Source: Pseudomonadota bacterium (lineage in GTDB: Bacteria > Pseudomonadota > Gammaproteobacteria > Pseudomonadales > UBA7434). From it: a stretch of 64,000 bases of DNA. The position numbers were made by a program, and so were the translations under genes. Positions 21,040 through 31,717 of this stretch are shown one piece after another. The stretch spans positions 22,616 through 86,615 of the forward strand of contig JAYYUJ010000024.1 of NCBI GenBank assembly GCA_036344075.1, in the 5' to 3' direction. Numbering within the stretch: position 1 is the first letter of the stretch; each line of letters opens with the position of its first letter. The notes beneath the pieces are model-generated. The model searched no databases and was not told the origin of the DNA. It worked only from the letters and a program-made list of their open reading frames with translations.

Positions 21040-21716
21040 TGATGCCAGCGCATAGCCATCACACGAGTGCAAGTGTTAAGCGTATTGGTGTCTTTGGCGG
21101 TACTTTTGACCCTATTCATCTGGGGCATATGGGTTCTGCCAAAGCTTTACTGGCTGCCCAGAATTTAGATCAAATATACTTTATGCCTTGCCAACAGCAC
21201 CCGCATGATAAGCTGCCGATGGCAAATGCTGAACAACGCTTAGCTATGTTAAACTTAGCAGTGCAAGGGCAGTCATCTTTTGACGTTGACGATCGAGAAT
21301 TGGCTCGCTCAGGCAAGTCATTTACGGTTGATAGCCTGATTGATATTCGCGAAGAGGTTGGCGAGCAAGCGGTACTGATATTTTTATTAGGCAGCGATGC
21401 GTTTGCTGAGTTTCATCGTTGGCAGCGTTGGGAAACTATTTTTTCTTTAGCGAACGTCGCAGTGATTGAACGCGCCAACGCACAATCAGTTCATGCAATT
21501 GAAGCAGTGGGGCTTAAGCAAAAAATTAATCAAGCGGTTGATTTTGTAGATGCGCCTTACGGACAGACGACCATTGCTTCACTGCCGCCATATCCGGTTT
21601 CATCAACCTTATTGCGGGAGCAATTATTACAAGCATCGGCAAGTTCGTCGCTATTAACTGAGTTTATGTCCCCCCTAGTATTGGATTATATTTACCAGCA
21701 ACACTTATATCGTTAG
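21039..21716 (+). CDS. nadD: Nicotinate-nucleotide adenylyltransferase
   Basis: 'GGTFDPIHLGH' and 'SST' motifs; position after proA. Confidence 0.95.
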   Translation: MMPAHSHHTSASVKRIGVFGGTFDPIHLGHMGSAKALLAAQNLDQIYFMPCQQHPHDKLPMANAEQRLAMLNLAVQGQSSFDVDDRELARSGKSFTVDSLIDIREEVGEQAVLIFLLGSDAFAEFHRWQRWETIFSLANVAVIERANAQSVHAIEAVGLKQKINQAVDFVDAPYGQTTIASLPPYPVSSTLLREQLLQASASSSLLTEFMSPLVLDYIYQQHLYR

Positions 21717-21746
21717 CGATATGAAATTTAGGAGCTAATAACAGTA

Positions 21747-22076
21747 GTGAGTAATGAAAAATTAAAAAACACCATTATTTCGGTTTTAGAGGATCTTAAG
21801 GCTAACGATATCACCGTTTTGTCGGTTGCTGAATCTTCAACAGTTACCGATTGGATGGTGATCGCTAGTGGTACATCAAATCGCCATGTAAAGGCCTTGG
21901 CTAATAAAGTGGAAATAGAAGCAAAGCAGAGTGGCTTTAAGCCCCTTGGTGCTGAAGGGAATGATACCGCTGAATGGGTATTGGTTGATTTTGGTGATGT
22001 GATTGTCCATGTTATGTTGCCGAGCACACGAGAATTTTACGATTTAGAAAGCTTGTGGACCTTAAAGCCAGTTTAG
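21747..22076 (+). CDS. rsfS: Ribosome silencing factor
   Basis: 'ASGTSNRHVKA' and 'WVLVDFGDVIVHVM...REFYDLESLW'. Confidence 0.95.
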   Translation: MSNEKLKNTIISVLEDLKANDITVLSVAESSTVTDWMVIASGTSNRHVKALANKVEIEAKQSGFKPLGAEGNDTAEWVLVDFGDVIVHVMLPSTREFYDLESLWTLKPV

Positions 22077-22097
22077 TTATTTAGGGTAGGCTTCATT

Positions 22098-22592
22098 ATG
22101 CAGATATCCATTATTGCTATTGGTAATAAAATGCCTGCTTGGGTCAATGCCAATTGCGATGAATATTTTCGTCGCATGCCAAAGGATTTATCGCTGAATT
22201 TAATTGAGTTGCCCGCACAAAAGCGGGGTAAAAACCAATCTATCGATGCTATTCGACGAAAGGAAACTGAGCAGTTACTGGCCGCCGTGCCAGACAGAAA
22301 TAATATTGTGGTGCTCGATGAGCGTGGTCAGTCCATAAGCACCCGCTTGTTGGCAAAAAAACTTTATGACTGGCAGTTGGATGGCCGAGATGTTTGCTTG
22401 CTAATTGGCGGGCCTGATGGGATCGACTTTTCCGTCTTCGCGGAGCGGGGAATAGGTAAGTCACTGGGTGTTGAATGGCGATGGTCGCTTTCTATGCTGA
22501 CTTTTCCGCACTCTTTGGTAAGGGTTATTGTCGCTGAGCAATTGTATCGCGCATGGAGCGTGAGTGCTGGCCATCCTTACCATAGGGAGTGA
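22098..22592 (+). CDS. rlmH: 23S rRNA m3Psi1915 methyltransferase
   Basis: 'IGGPDG', 'SLSMLTFPH' and 'EQLYRA....GHPYHRE'. Confidence 0.96.
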   Translation: MQISIIAIGNKMPAWVNANCDEYFRRMPKDLSLNLIELPAQKRGKNQSIDAIRRKETEQLLAAVPDRNNIVVLDERGQSISTRLLAKKLYDWQLDGRDVCLLIGGPDGIDFSVFAERGIGKSLGVEWRWSLSMLTFPHSLVRVIVAEQLYRAWSVSAGHPYHRE

Positions 22593-22624
22593 CAGCATCG
22601 CCTGAATAGGTACAATACCTTTAT

Positions 22625-24595
22625 ATGCAAAATTATGCGGCAGTCAAAGACAGTGATCATGAGAAGCGAATTTTTGGTCGCAGAATAACGGTATCTATTG
22701 CAATTGTAGCGCTTATCTTTCTAGCCTTGGCGGCTCGTTATGCTGAATTACAATTGTTGAATTACCAGACTTTTGTCACTCAGTCAGAAAATAATCGCGT
22801 ACATGTTCAGGCTGTAGCGCCAAATCGCGGACTTATTTTTGATAATAATGGCCGGTTACTTGCAGCTAATCAACCTAGCTACAATCTTGTTGTCGTTAAG
22901 GAGCGGGTCGATAACCTCGAACAAGTGTTGTTAGACTTGCAACAGCTATTTGATATTGACGCGAAAAGTATTGCTAAATTTAAACATCGCTTGACTCGCG
23001 GAACTCCTTATCAAGCGGTCCCCCTGAAGTTTAAATTAACCGAAGACGAGATCAGTCGTTTCGCAGTCAACCGCTATCGTTTGGCAGGTATTGAAATAAA
23101 GGCGCAATTGGTGCGTCATTATCCGCAGGGCGAAGACTTTACGCACGTATTAGGCTATGTAGGACGAATTAATGCTGCTGATCAGGCAGAAATCTCATCG
23201 TTAGAAAATATTAAGTCTAATTATGCGGCGACTGATTATATCGGTAAGCTGGGTATCGAACGATTTTATGAGTCAACCTTACATGGTCAAGTAGGTTTTC
23301 AGCAGGTTGAAACCAATGCACATGGAAAAGTGCTGCGTATTTTAGGTCAGACCAAACCCCAACCAGGCGTCGATCTTCATCTTTACCTCGATGCCGATTT
23401 GCAGCAAAGGATAAGCACCTTAATGGGGGATAGAAGGGGTTCAGTGGTAGCGATTGATCCTCGCACAGGCGGTATTCTTGCGATGGTTAGTACACCTTCT
23501 TATGATCCCAATCCTTTCGTAACAGGCATCTCGACTATCAACTATGCAAAGTTAAGGGATTCGATTGATTTACCGCTTTTTAATCGTTCTTTGCAAGGGC
23601 AGTACCCGCCAGGATCGACGATTAAGCCAATTATTGGTTTAGCTGGTCTGCATTATCAGATGATTACCGCTGATTCTACTGTACCTGATCCGGGTTGGTA
23701 CCAACTGCCAAACGATGACCGGTTTTATCGCGACTGGAAACGTGAAGGCCATGGCCACAAGGTAAATTTGCATGACTCAATTGCTGAAAGCTGTGATGTA
23801 TTTTTTTATGATCTCGCTTATCGATTGGGCGTTGACAAGATCCATGAATTTTCGAGTTTATTTGGCTTAGGTGTTCGCTCCGGTATTGATTCAACCAGTG
23901 AGCGAAGTGGCTTGTTACCTTCTAGGCAATGGAAGAAAGCTAAAAAGCGTGAACCTTGGTTTCCCGGTGAAACCTTAAATATTGGTATTGGTCAGGGCTA
24001 TATGTTGGCCACGCCAGTTCAGCTTGCAGTTGCGACAGCCACCATTGCAAATCGAGGTTATCGACCTATACCGAAGTTAGTGAAAGCATTTGATGACAAT
24101 CCTTTTAATAGGAATCCTTTTGAGAAGAATAGCCTTGCTGAGAATGATCTTGAGAACAGTGTTCAGCATGATGATATTTCTAACAATAGGCCGATTGATT
24201 CTATACTACATTTAAGTCGTGATGTGAGTGATGCACATTGGCAGCAGATTATTGATGGCATGGAAGCTGTAGTGCATGACCCTAAAAAAGGCACTGCTAG
24301 AGCTATCAGGCGTGGACTCAATTACCGGATTGCCGGTAAAACCGGTACTGCGCAAGTCGTTGGTATTGCTCAAGGCGAAGAGTACGATGCAGACGCATTG
24401 TTAGAACGGCAACGGGATCATGCATTATTCGTTGGCTTCGCCCCGATCGAGCAGCCAAAGGTAGCGGTGGCGGTAATTGTTGAGAATGCTGGCGGCGGCA
24501 GTACGGTGGCGGCCCCGATTGCCCGCAAGGTATTTGATTGGGTGCTTGAATCGGCCGACGAAAAAAATCAAATGGCAGCCGTGTCGAGATATTAG
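22625..24595 (+). CDS. mrdA: Penicillin-binding protein 2
   Basis: SxxK 'PGSTIK', 'SCDVFFY' and KTG 'GKTGTAQ'. Confidence 0.96.
   Translation: MQNYAAVKDSDHEKRIFGRRITVSIAIVALIFLALAARYAELQLLNYQTFVTQSENNRVHVQAVAPNRGLIFDNNGRLLAANQPSYNLVVVKERVDNLEQVLLDLQQLFDIDAKSIAKFKHRLTRGTPYQAVPLKFKLTEDEISRFAVNRYRLAGIEIKAQLVRHYPQGEDFTHVLGYVGRINAADQAEISSLENIKSNYAATDYIGKLGIERFYESTLHGQVGFQQVETNAHGKVLRILGQTKPQPGVDLHLYLDADLQQRISTLMGDRRGSVVAIDPRTGGILAMVSTPSYDPNPFVTGISTINYAKLRDSIDLPLFNRSLQGQYPPGSTIKPIIGLAGLHYQMITADSTVPDPGWYQLPNDDRFYRDWKREGHGHKVNLHDSIAESCDVFFYDLAYRLGVDKIHEFSSLFGLGVRSGIDSTSERSGLLPSRQWKKAKKREPWFPGETLNIGIGQGYMLATPVQLAVATATIANRGYRPIPKLVKAFDDNPFNRNPFEKNSLAENDLENSVQHDDISNNRPIDSILHLSRDVSDAHWQQIIDGMEAVVHDPKKGTARAIRRGLNYRIAGKTGTAQVVGIAQGEEYDADALLERQRDHALFVGFAPIEQPKVAVAVIVENAGGGSTVAAPIARKVFDWVLESADEKNQMAAVSRY
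24095..24154 (+). repeat. Degenerate 15-bp tandem repeat (4 units) inside mrdA
   Basis: gacaatccttttaat / aggaatccttttgag / aagaatagccttgct / gagaatgatcttgag, encoding DNPFN-RNPFE-KNSLA-ENDLE. Confidence 0.6.
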
Positions 24596-24616
24596 CGATC
24601 AGCTTATGGGGTTATT

Positions 24617-25762
24617 TTGAATAGTCGATCTGATTTTAGTCGTAATTTACCGGGTGACCCTAGTGCCTTAAGAGCACAGACGGGCCGATTTCGACGCTGG
24701 CGATTAGATCCGCCCTTATTGTTACTATTGATGTGTTTAGCCGCTTTTGGGTTGTTTATCCTCTATAGCGCCAGTGGTAAAGATATTGACAGGGTGACTC
24801 GTCAATTACTTTATCTTGCGTTTGCTTTTTTTGGTCTGGTCGTGGTTGCTCAGTTCAAAGTCGAAATCTTAAAAGTACTAGCACCTATTGGTTATATTGG
24901 AGGTATTGTTTTGCTGTTACTTGTCGCTTTTTTTGGCGATGACTCAAAGGGTGCACAACGTTGGCTTGATGTATTTGGCATTATCCGTTTTCAACCGTCC
25001 GAATTAATGAAGATTGTCGTTCCTTTGACGGTTGCATGGTACCTCAGTGAACAATTATTACCGCCAAGTATGAAAACATTGATGATTAGCTTTTTTATAG
25101 CGATTTCCCCGTCAATCTTAATTGTGTTGCAGCCTGATTTGGGGACCGCCATCTTAATTGCTGCATCAGGTTTGTTTGTGTTGTGGCTGGCAGGTTTAGG
25201 TTGGGGGTATATATTGGCTGCCGTGCTTGCCTTGTTAGGTGCAGCCTGGCCCATTTGGCATTTTCTACTGCATGGTTATCAGAGGGAGCGGATAATGACA
25301 TTATTCAATCCTGAAAGCGATCGATTGGGCGCGGGATGGAATATTATTCAATCAAAAACTGCGATTGGTTCGGGCGGTTGGGACGGCAAAGGCTGGCTTA
25401 ATGGGACACAATCGCAGCTCGATTTTTTACCTGAAAGTCATACTGATTTTATAATTGCGGTTTTGGCCGAAGAGTTGGGTTTTGTTGGAGTATTCCTATT
25501 ACTGCTGTTGTATCTATTGATTATTATTCGCGGCGCGCAAATAAGCTTGGCGGCTAAAACCACTTTTGCCAGTCTAGTTGCAGGCAGTATTACCTTAACT
25601 TTTTTTGTTTATATTGTCGTGAATATGGGCATGGTTTCTGGCGTACTACCGGTGGTGGGTGTGCCGTTGCCATTAGTGAGTTACGGTGGAACATCATTGG
25701 TGACTATGCTGGCCAGTTTTGGTATTTTGATGGCGATTAGTGCCGAAAGTTCGCGCCTTTAA
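24617..25762 (+). CDS. rodA: Rod shape-determining peptidoglycan glycosyltransferase RodA
   Basis: 'GAQRW', 'FQPSELMK', 'QPDLGTA', 'LPESHTDFI' and 'SYGGTS'. Confidence 0.96.
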   Translation: MNSRSDFSRNLPGDPSALRAQTGRFRRWRLDPPLLLLLMCLAAFGLFILYSASGKDIDRVTRQLLYLAFAFFGLVVVAQFKVEILKVLAPIGYIGGIVLLLLVAFFGDDSKGAQRWLDVFGIIRFQPSELMKIVVPLTVAWYLSEQLLPPSMKTLMISFFIAISPSILIVLQPDLGTAILIAASGLFVLWLAGLGWGYILAAVLALLGAAWPIWHFLLHGYQRERIMTLFNPESDRLGAGWNIIQSKTAIGSGGWDGKGWLNGTQSQLDFLPESHTDFIIAVLAEELGFVGVFLLLLLYLLIIIRGAQISLAAKTTFASLVAGSITLTFFVYIVVNMGMVSGVLPVVGVPLPLVSYGGTSLVTMLASFGILMAISAESSRL

Positions 25763-25880
25763 TTCGGCATAAAAACTGATTGAATGCTGGCGCAATAGTG
25801 ATAGGCTAGTCTCTGAGTTTTCGCCTAGGCGCAGACGGCTCAGTTGCGGTTTACGGCATCATTCTAAATAAGGATAGACT

Positions 25881-26897
25881 ATGAAATATCGATCACAGTC
25901 AATGCTATCAGTTTTAGCGTCAACTTTATCATTTATGACAATTGCGCTAATCATTATTGTGAGCCCCGTTAAAGCAGACTATCGACAGCATCCAAGCGCA
26001 TTAGCCGTTGTCAAAACTCTAGTTGATAAGCATGGTTTTAGCGTTGATCAGGTAAATGCGGTTCTCAAGCAGGCAGAAACTGAGCAACGGATACTGGATA
26101 GTATGACTAATGCGGCAGAGAAAACGAAAACTTGGACAGCGTATCGAAGCAGTTTTTTGAGCCCTTTTAGGATCACTAAAGGAGCTGAATTTTTGGTAGC
26201 ACATAAGAGCACATTTGATCAGGTTGAACATAAATACGGTGTGCCCCGCGAGATCATCACCGCGATATTAGGAGTAGAAACTAATTACGGTGGTTATACC
26301 GGTAAAACGCGGGTGTTGAATGCCTTATCAACCTTAGCATTTGAACACCCTAGAAGAAGCCGCTTTTTCACCTCAGAGTTAATCGAGTACATTATTTTAT
26401 GCCGTGAGCAGCAGTGGGATGCAAGTGAGCAATTGGGTTCTTATGCGGGAGCTATGGGCATGAGTCAGTTTATGCCCAGTAATTATCGTCGTTTGGCCGT
26501 TGATGGTGACGGTGATGGCGACATCGATTTATTTGAACCTGTCGATGCGATACATAGTATCGCTAATTATTTTATTCATCACGGTTGGCAAAATGCTCAG
26601 CCTGTTACCAGTCGCGTCGCTGTGAGGCAAGATTTTGATGTTGCCCTGATAGGTCGTGGCTTAAAACCGAATCACAGCGTTGCGCGCTTAGCTGAAGGAG
26701 GGTTTTACCCACAAGATAAGATGTCGCCTTCGGTAAAGGCACGGGTGATTCGCTTTAACGACGCCGATGGTGATGAATTTTGGTTTGGCTATCAAAACTT
26801 TTACGCGATAAGCAGGTATAATCCACGTTCAAAATATGCCATGGCTGTTTATCAGTTGAGTTTAGCGATTGAAAAACAAGCTAAGGATGCCTCCTAG
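25881..26897 (+). CDS. mltB: Lytic murein transglycosylase B
   Basis: 'ILGVETNYG', 'GSYAGAMGMSQFMPS' and 'RYNPRSKYAMAV'. Confidence 0.92.
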   Translation: MKYRSQSMLSVLASTLSFMTIALIIIVSPVKADYRQHPSALAVVKTLVDKHGFSVDQVNAVLKQAETEQRILDSMTNAAEKTKTWTAYRSSFLSPFRITKGAEFLVAHKSTFDQVEHKYGVPREIITAILGVETNYGGYTGKTRVLNALSTLAFEHPRRSRFFTSELIEYIILCREQQWDASEQLGSYAGAMGMSQFMPSNYRRLAVDGDGDGDIDLFEPVDAIHSIANYFIHHGWQNAQPVTSRVAVRQDFDVALIGRGLKPNHSVARLAEGGFYPQDKMSPSVKARVIRFNDADGDEFWFGYQNFYAISRYNPRSKYAMAVYQLSLAIEKQAKDAS

Positions 26898-27040
26898 GTA
26901 TCTTCTTAAGTTTAGGTGAAGCGACTGATAATTTTACTGTGGTGCGTCTTCTTGCCCCAGTGTTTGAGATGAGTAATTTATGGTTAAAATTGATGATTAG
27001 TCGCTATTTTAGTTGTTATGTTGGCCGTTATGGGCGAGCA

Positions 27041-27964
27041 ATGAGATATACACTTTTATCGGTCGGGATTATTGGGGTGTCCAGCTGCGGTTTTTTTGAT
27101 GATTTAAGCCAAACCCCTAGTGGCGTCGCAAGAGGCAGTGACAGTGCGCCAAAAACTAAATTAGATGTAAAGCGTATAAAGGATGCCGTGCCGCGCGTTG
27201 AACCTAAAAGTCGTGGTGGTAATTTCAGCCCTTATACCGTTTTAGGTAAAACCTATACAGTGCTTGACTCATCAAGGGGGTATAAAGCGCGCGGATACGC
27301 GTCGTGGTATGGGACAAAATTTCATGGTCGGCTTACCTCTAATGGTGAGCGTTATAATATGTATGCTATGAGCGCAGCCCATAAATCGCTACCTATCCCT
27401 ACTTACGTTAAAGTTACTAATTTAGAAAACCGCCGTCAAATTATCGTTCGTGTTAATGACCGTGGTCCGTTTCATCCTGGCCGCATTATAGATCTTTCCT
27501 ATGCTGGCGCGTCAAAGCTTGACATGCTTAAAAAAGGCACAGCAAGGGTGGAGGTTGAAGCCATTGATCCTCGTCAGTGGAAAAAAAATCAAAAAAAACA
27601 GGTTCTCTTGACCCGTGATTACGCGCTTGAGTTACCAGCTACAAAGACAATTCTCGACGATCAGCTACAATCGAGCAATGACCCCGAGGCCGATATAGAA
27701 CGGTCCTCAGCCCTACCTGAGTTCAGCCGTTATTATCTTCAAGTGGCGGCATTCTCGAGCTTAGAAGCGGCTCAGAGATTGCAGAATCGCTTACTTGATC
27801 ATCTGAATAGCTTGTCTCAACCTGTTAACGTTGTTATTCGACCTTCCGAGCGGGGGGTTTATCGAGTAAGGATAGGTCCCTTCAGTTCAGAACAAGAAAG
27901 TCTGACATTTAAAAAAATATCTGAGTTACAATTCCTTGGTAAGGTGGATTTGGTTTCAGAATAG
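27041..27964 (+). CDS. rlpA: Septal ring lytic transglycosylase RlpA (DPBB + SPOR)
   Basis: Lipobox 'VSSC' from ATG 27041; 'ASWYG', 'AAHKSLP', 'VNDRGPF' and a C-terminal SPOR domain. Upstream starts back to 26939 are possible. Confidence 0.92.
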   Translation: MRYTLLSVGIIGVSSCGFFDDLSQTPSGVARGSDSAPKTKLDVKRIKDAVPRVEPKSRGGNFSPYTVLGKTYTVLDSSRGYKARGYASWYGTKFHGRLTSNGERYNMYAMSAAHKSLPIPTYVKVTNLENRRQIIVRVNDRGPFHPGRIIDLSYAGASKLDMLKKGTARVEVEAIDPRQWKKNQKKQVLLTRDYALELPATKTILDDQLQSSNDPEADIERSSALPEFSRYYLQVAAFSSLEAAQRLQNRLLDHLNSLSQPVNVVIRPSERGVYRVRIGPFSSEQESLTFKKISELQFLGKVDLVSE

Positions 27965-27974
27965 AGGTTTATCC

Positions 27975-29132
27975 GTGGTTAAATTTTGCGTTGCTTTATT
28001 ATTATCTTTTTCAATGAGTTCTTCACTCGCTAAGGGTTTGCCTGCACTAATTCCGTCGCCACCGCAGCTAGCATCGAGCAGTTATTTATTGGTTGATGCT
28101 AATAGTGGCAAAGTCATTGTCGAGTCAAATGCAGATCAGCGGTTGCCCCCTGCCAGTTTAACAAAAATGATGACCGGTTATATTGCTTCTGCCGAAATAA
28201 CAAAACAGACGATTAGTGCTGAAGATATGGTGCCGATAAGTGTTAAAGCATGGCGAATGAAAGGTTCAAAAATGTTTATTCGCGAGGGCACGAGTGTTCC
28301 TGTTAGAGAGTTGTTGAAAGGCGTTATTATTCAATCAGGTAATGATGCCAGTGTTGCCTTGGCTGAATTTATAGCCGGTGATGAGATGGCTTTTTCTGAG
28401 ATAATGAATCAACAGGCTCAACTGCTAGGAATGACACAGACTGACTTCAAAAATTCAACAGGCTGGCCAGCAGAAGGGCACTTAACGACTGCGAGAGATA
28501 TGACCATCTTAGCGGTGCGCTTAATCAAAGATTTTCCTGATCACTACGCGCTGTATTCGCAAAAAGAATTTACTTATAACGATATTACCCAGCTTAATAG
28601 GAATGGCTTGTTGTGGAGAGATGCCAGTGTTGATGGCTTGAAAACTGGCTGGACCGAGGAGGCTGGTTACTGCTTAGTTGCTTCTGCACAAAAAAATGGT
28701 ATGCGGCTTGTGTCTGTTGTTATGGGCGCTAAAAGTGAAAGGGCACGTGAACAAGAAACACAAAAATTACTCTCTTATGGTTTTAGATATTATGAAACGC
28801 ATACTTTATATGAAATGGGTCAGGTAATTAACTCGAGTCAATTATGGGCTGGGCTTGAGAAGTATTTCGATCTCGTTGTAGAAGACGATATTGTTTTAAC
28901 AATTCCGCGTGGTGAAAGAGATTTGCTTGAAGTCAGCATTGATGTCGATAAAAATATAGTAGCTCCTGTTATTGCTGGACAAAGCTATGGTGTTTTGAAC
29001 ATTAAAAAAGGCGATGAATTGTTGATGCAGCGTAATATAGTTGCGGCTAAGGATGTTGATTCAGCGGGTTTTCTATTGCGACTATGGGATCTTATTATAT
29101 TGTTTTTTCGAGGTGTGTTAGGGTTTAGTTAG
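27975..29132 (+). CDS. dacA: D-alanyl-D-alanine carboxypeptidase (PBP5/6, DacA/DacC)
   Basis: 'PASLTK', 'SGNDA' and 'GLKTG'; GTG 27975 after GAGG. Confidence 0.9.
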   Translation: MVKFCVALLLSFSMSSSLAKGLPALIPSPPQLASSSYLLVDANSGKVIVESNADQRLPPASLTKMMTGYIASAEITKQTISAEDMVPISVKAWRMKGSKMFIREGTSVPVRELLKGVIIQSGNDASVALAEFIAGDEMAFSEIMNQQAQLLGMTQTDFKNSTGWPAEGHLTTARDMTILAVRLIKDFPDHYALYSQKEFTYNDITQLNRNGLLWRDASVDGLKTGWTEEAGYCLVASAQKNGMRLVSVVMGAKSERAREQETQKLLSYGFRYYETHTLYEMGQVINSSQLWAGLEKYFDLVVEDDIVLTIPRGERDLLEVSIDVDKNIVAPVIAGQSYGVLNIKKGDELLMQRNIVAAKDVDSAGFLLRLWDLIILFFRGVLGFS

Positions 29133-29140
29133 GAAAATTT

Positions 29141-29440
29141 ATGAGTGAAATCATTAGCAATAAAAGCCTGCCTGATGGAGAAAAACCGCCTAAGATAGAA
29201 TTTCCCTGTGATTATCCGATTAAGATTATTGGCGATGCCGGTCCCGATTTCGTCGAACTGGTAGTTGGTATTGTTTGTCGGCATGCCGCTGACTTCGATC
29301 CAGCAACCGCTAATAGCCGTGACAGTAGTAAGGGTAAATTTCGCTCTGTTGCCGTTAATATTATTGCCACTGGTGAGTTACAATTAGAAAAATTATACGC
29401 TGATCTAAAAGCCACTGGCCGCGTCAAAATGGTCCTTTAA
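29141..29440 (+). CDS. ybeD: DUF493/YbeD family protein
   Basis: '[13 protein letters not shown]' and 'SSKGKF'; conserved position. Confidence 0.9.
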   Translation: MSEIISNKSLPDGEKPPKIEFPCDYPIKIIGDAGPDFVELVVGIVCRHAADFDPATANSRDSSKGKFRSVAVNIIATGELQLEKLYADLKATGRVKMVL

Positions 29441-30120
29441 TGTTGATCAATCAGCAATTACATGTTCGCCAATTATTAACTGCTGATAAAAGTCAGGCTT
29501 TACTCGACTATGAGTCAGTGTGGCAGGCGATGAAAATATTCACTCAAACAAGAGATGAAACTACGGTTGATCAGTGCTGGCTATTAGAGCATCCCGAAAT
29601 TTTCACCCTAGGCAGAGCTGCCGCTGAGGAGCACTTATTAGATACGGGTTCTATTCCCGTACTTAGAATTGATCGAGGCGGGCAGGTGACTTTTCATGGT
29701 CCCGGTCAAATCATGATGTACACATTGGTAGATTTAAAGCGAAGAAAGCTAACTGTAAGAGGTATGGTCGATGCACTTGAGGCATCGGTGATTCAGTTAT
29801 TGTCTCACTATGATTTGCCTGCTTACAGCGATAAAAGAGCACCAGGTGTTTATATTGATGGTTCTAAAATTGCCGCTTTGGGCTTGCGTATCAGTCGAGG
29901 CCGTTCCTATCATGGCTTATGCTTTAATTACGATTTTGATTCAGCGCCGTTTGAACGTATTAACCCTTGCGGTTTCGCTGAATTAAAGGTGACGCAATTA
30001 AGTGAGCAATTGCGCTATTTGCCTGACAAAAAAACGCTTGCCGATCAACTCGTGGCATCTTTTTCAGAGCAGTTGGATTATAGTGAGATTACAAATGATT
30101 ATAGCTTGTGGCCAGTCTAA
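29440..30120 (+). CDS. lipB: Lipoyl(octanoyl) transferase
   Basis: 'DRGGQVTFHGPGQ', 'KIAALG' and 'INPCG'. Confidence 0.95.
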   Translation: MLINQQLHVRQLLTADKSQALLDYESVWQAMKIFTQTRDETTVDQCWLLEHPEIFTLGRAAAEEHLLDTGSIPVLRIDRGGQVTFHGPGQIMMYTLVDLKRRKLTVRGMVDALEASVIQLLSHYDLPAYSDKRAPGVYIDGSKIAALGLRISRGRSYHGLCFNYDFDSAPFERINPCGFAELKVTQLSEQLRYLPDKKTLADQLVASFSEQLDYSEITNDYSLWPV

Positions 30121-30187
30121 GTTTCGCTCTGGAGTCTTGAGTAACCTCTGTAGTAAGATATTCTTTTAAGGTCGATATAAGGAGCTT

Positions 30188-30619
30188 ATGATGAGTGAGC
30201 AACATCCGGCAAAACGTGTTTCTCTATTGTCTCGCGAATACGTCCATAGCCATAACAAGGCAGGTTGGTTAGGTTTATTTTCTGAAGATGCGATCATTGA
30301 AGATCCGATTGGTGTTTCGCCAATCGATGAAGCTGGTAAAGGTCACAGAGGCGTAGAGGCGAGAGAGGCATTTTGGGAAAATAATATTGCCAACAGTGAT
30401 ATTAAAATTGTCATTCATCAGTCATACGCGGCTGGCCTTGAGTGCGCAAATATTGTTACGCTAAACACTATTTTAACATTTGGCGGTAAAACCTATAGTC
30501 AAGAAGTCAATGGGATATTTACTTATCAGGTAAATGAAGCTGAACAGTTAGTAGCATTGCGCGGTTATTGGGAAGTTGATGAAATGATGAAAACCATCAA
30601 AGAAGTTGTGAATGCTTAA
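30188..30619 (+). CDS. SnoaL/NTF2-fold ketosteroid-isomerase-like protein
   Basis: 'WLGLFSEDAIIEDPIG' and 'LRGYW'; GGAG RBS. Confidence 0.75.
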   Translation: MMSEQHPAKRVSLLSREYVHSHNKAGWLGLFSEDAIIEDPIGVSPIDEAGKGHRGVEAREAFWENNIANSDIKIVIHQSYAAGLECANIVTLNTILTFGGKTYSQEVNGIFTYQVNEAEQLVALRGYWEVDEMMKTIKEVVNA

Positions 30620-30692
30620 GCTTCATCTTAAATAATAACGACAGCTCAAGTCATAGGTATAAAGATAATTAAATCTCTGATTTTATGAGTCG

Positions 30693-31715
30693 TTAAATAT
30701 GATAATGCTGGGTAGCCATTGGTTTACCCGCCAGTCCTAGCAAAACCATTTCAACCAGTAACCAAGCGTTTTCTTTGTCAATGCTTTTACTCATGAGATC
30801 TGCTTGAGAAGCTAGCTTTGTCCATTGTTCGAATTCAGCTTTTGACGTTGACTGAACCCGATGACTGACTGCTGACTGCCGCTTGCGTTGCACGCGCAGT
30901 GCTCGCATACCGTCATCCATCTTACCTTGCTCGGAAAATTGCTTCAGTTGAGCGAGGGTTCGCAATTGATGAGCCATGGCAGCAACTAAGGCGGCAGGTT
31001 CAGTGCCTTCTTCTCGCAAATGCCTAAGTGCGCGACAGGCACTCAGCACATCGCCATCAATAGCATGATTAAAACAGTCAAATGCTGAAAATCGTGCGCT
31101 GTCTGCGACGGCTTTGCCAATTATGTTTCGCGTTAAAGTGGTTTTTTTATCAACCAATAGCGCTAATTTTTCTAACTCTTGATTGGCCGCCATTAGGTTA
31201 CCTTCAACTCTATCGGCCAATAGCTGTGCGGCATCATGCGCTAGGGTTAATTGCTGCTGTTTAGCCCGTCGTTTTAACCAGTTAGGTAATTGCTCGTGGT
31301 CGAGGGGGTAGATAGGAATATAGACGCCGTCTTTGCTGACAGCTTTTACCCATTTGGGACTGCCTTCTATTCGTGCAGCAATAATTAATAACACCGTATC
31401 CTGAGGTGGATTATTGCAAAAACGTGTAATGGCTTCACTGCCCACTGTGCCAATTTTACTGCTGGGTAAGCGTAATTCTATTAATCGCTGACTGGCAAAT
31501 AATGACATGGCATTGCAGCTATCTTGCCAGCCATGCCAGTCAAAGCCAGTTTCGAAATTATACCGCTCGCGATCAATGAACCCACTTTTGGCGCAGGCTT
31601 GGCGTATTTCATCACAGGCTTCGTTTTGCAGTAATATTTCGTCGCCTGCCACTAAATAGACTTTAGCAAGTGTTTGCTTAAGATGCTGGCTGAGCTTGTT
31701 AGAGTAGATCTGCAT
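30693..31715 (-). CDS. holA: DNA polymerase III delta subunit
   Basis: 'YLVAGDEILL', 'MSLFA..RLIEL' and 'EGNLMAANQELEKL'. Confidence 0.95.
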   Translation of the reverse strand: MQIYSNKLSQHLKQTLAKVYLVAGDEILLQNEACDEIRQACAKSGFIDRERYNFETGFDWHGWQDSCNAMSLFASQRLIELRLPSSKIGTVGSEAITRFCNNPPQDTVLLIIAARIEGSPKWVKAVSKDGVYIPIYPLDHEQLPNWLKRRAKQQQLTLAHDAAQLLADRVEGNLMAANQELEKLALLVDKKTTLTRNIIGKAVADSARFSAFDCFNHAIDGDVLSACRALRHLREEGTEPAALVAAMAHQLRTLAQLKQFSEQGKMDDGMRALRVQRKRQSAVSHRVQSTSKAEFEQWTKLASQADLMSKSIDKENAWLLVEMVLLGLAGKPMATQHYHI

Positions 31716-31717
31716 AA

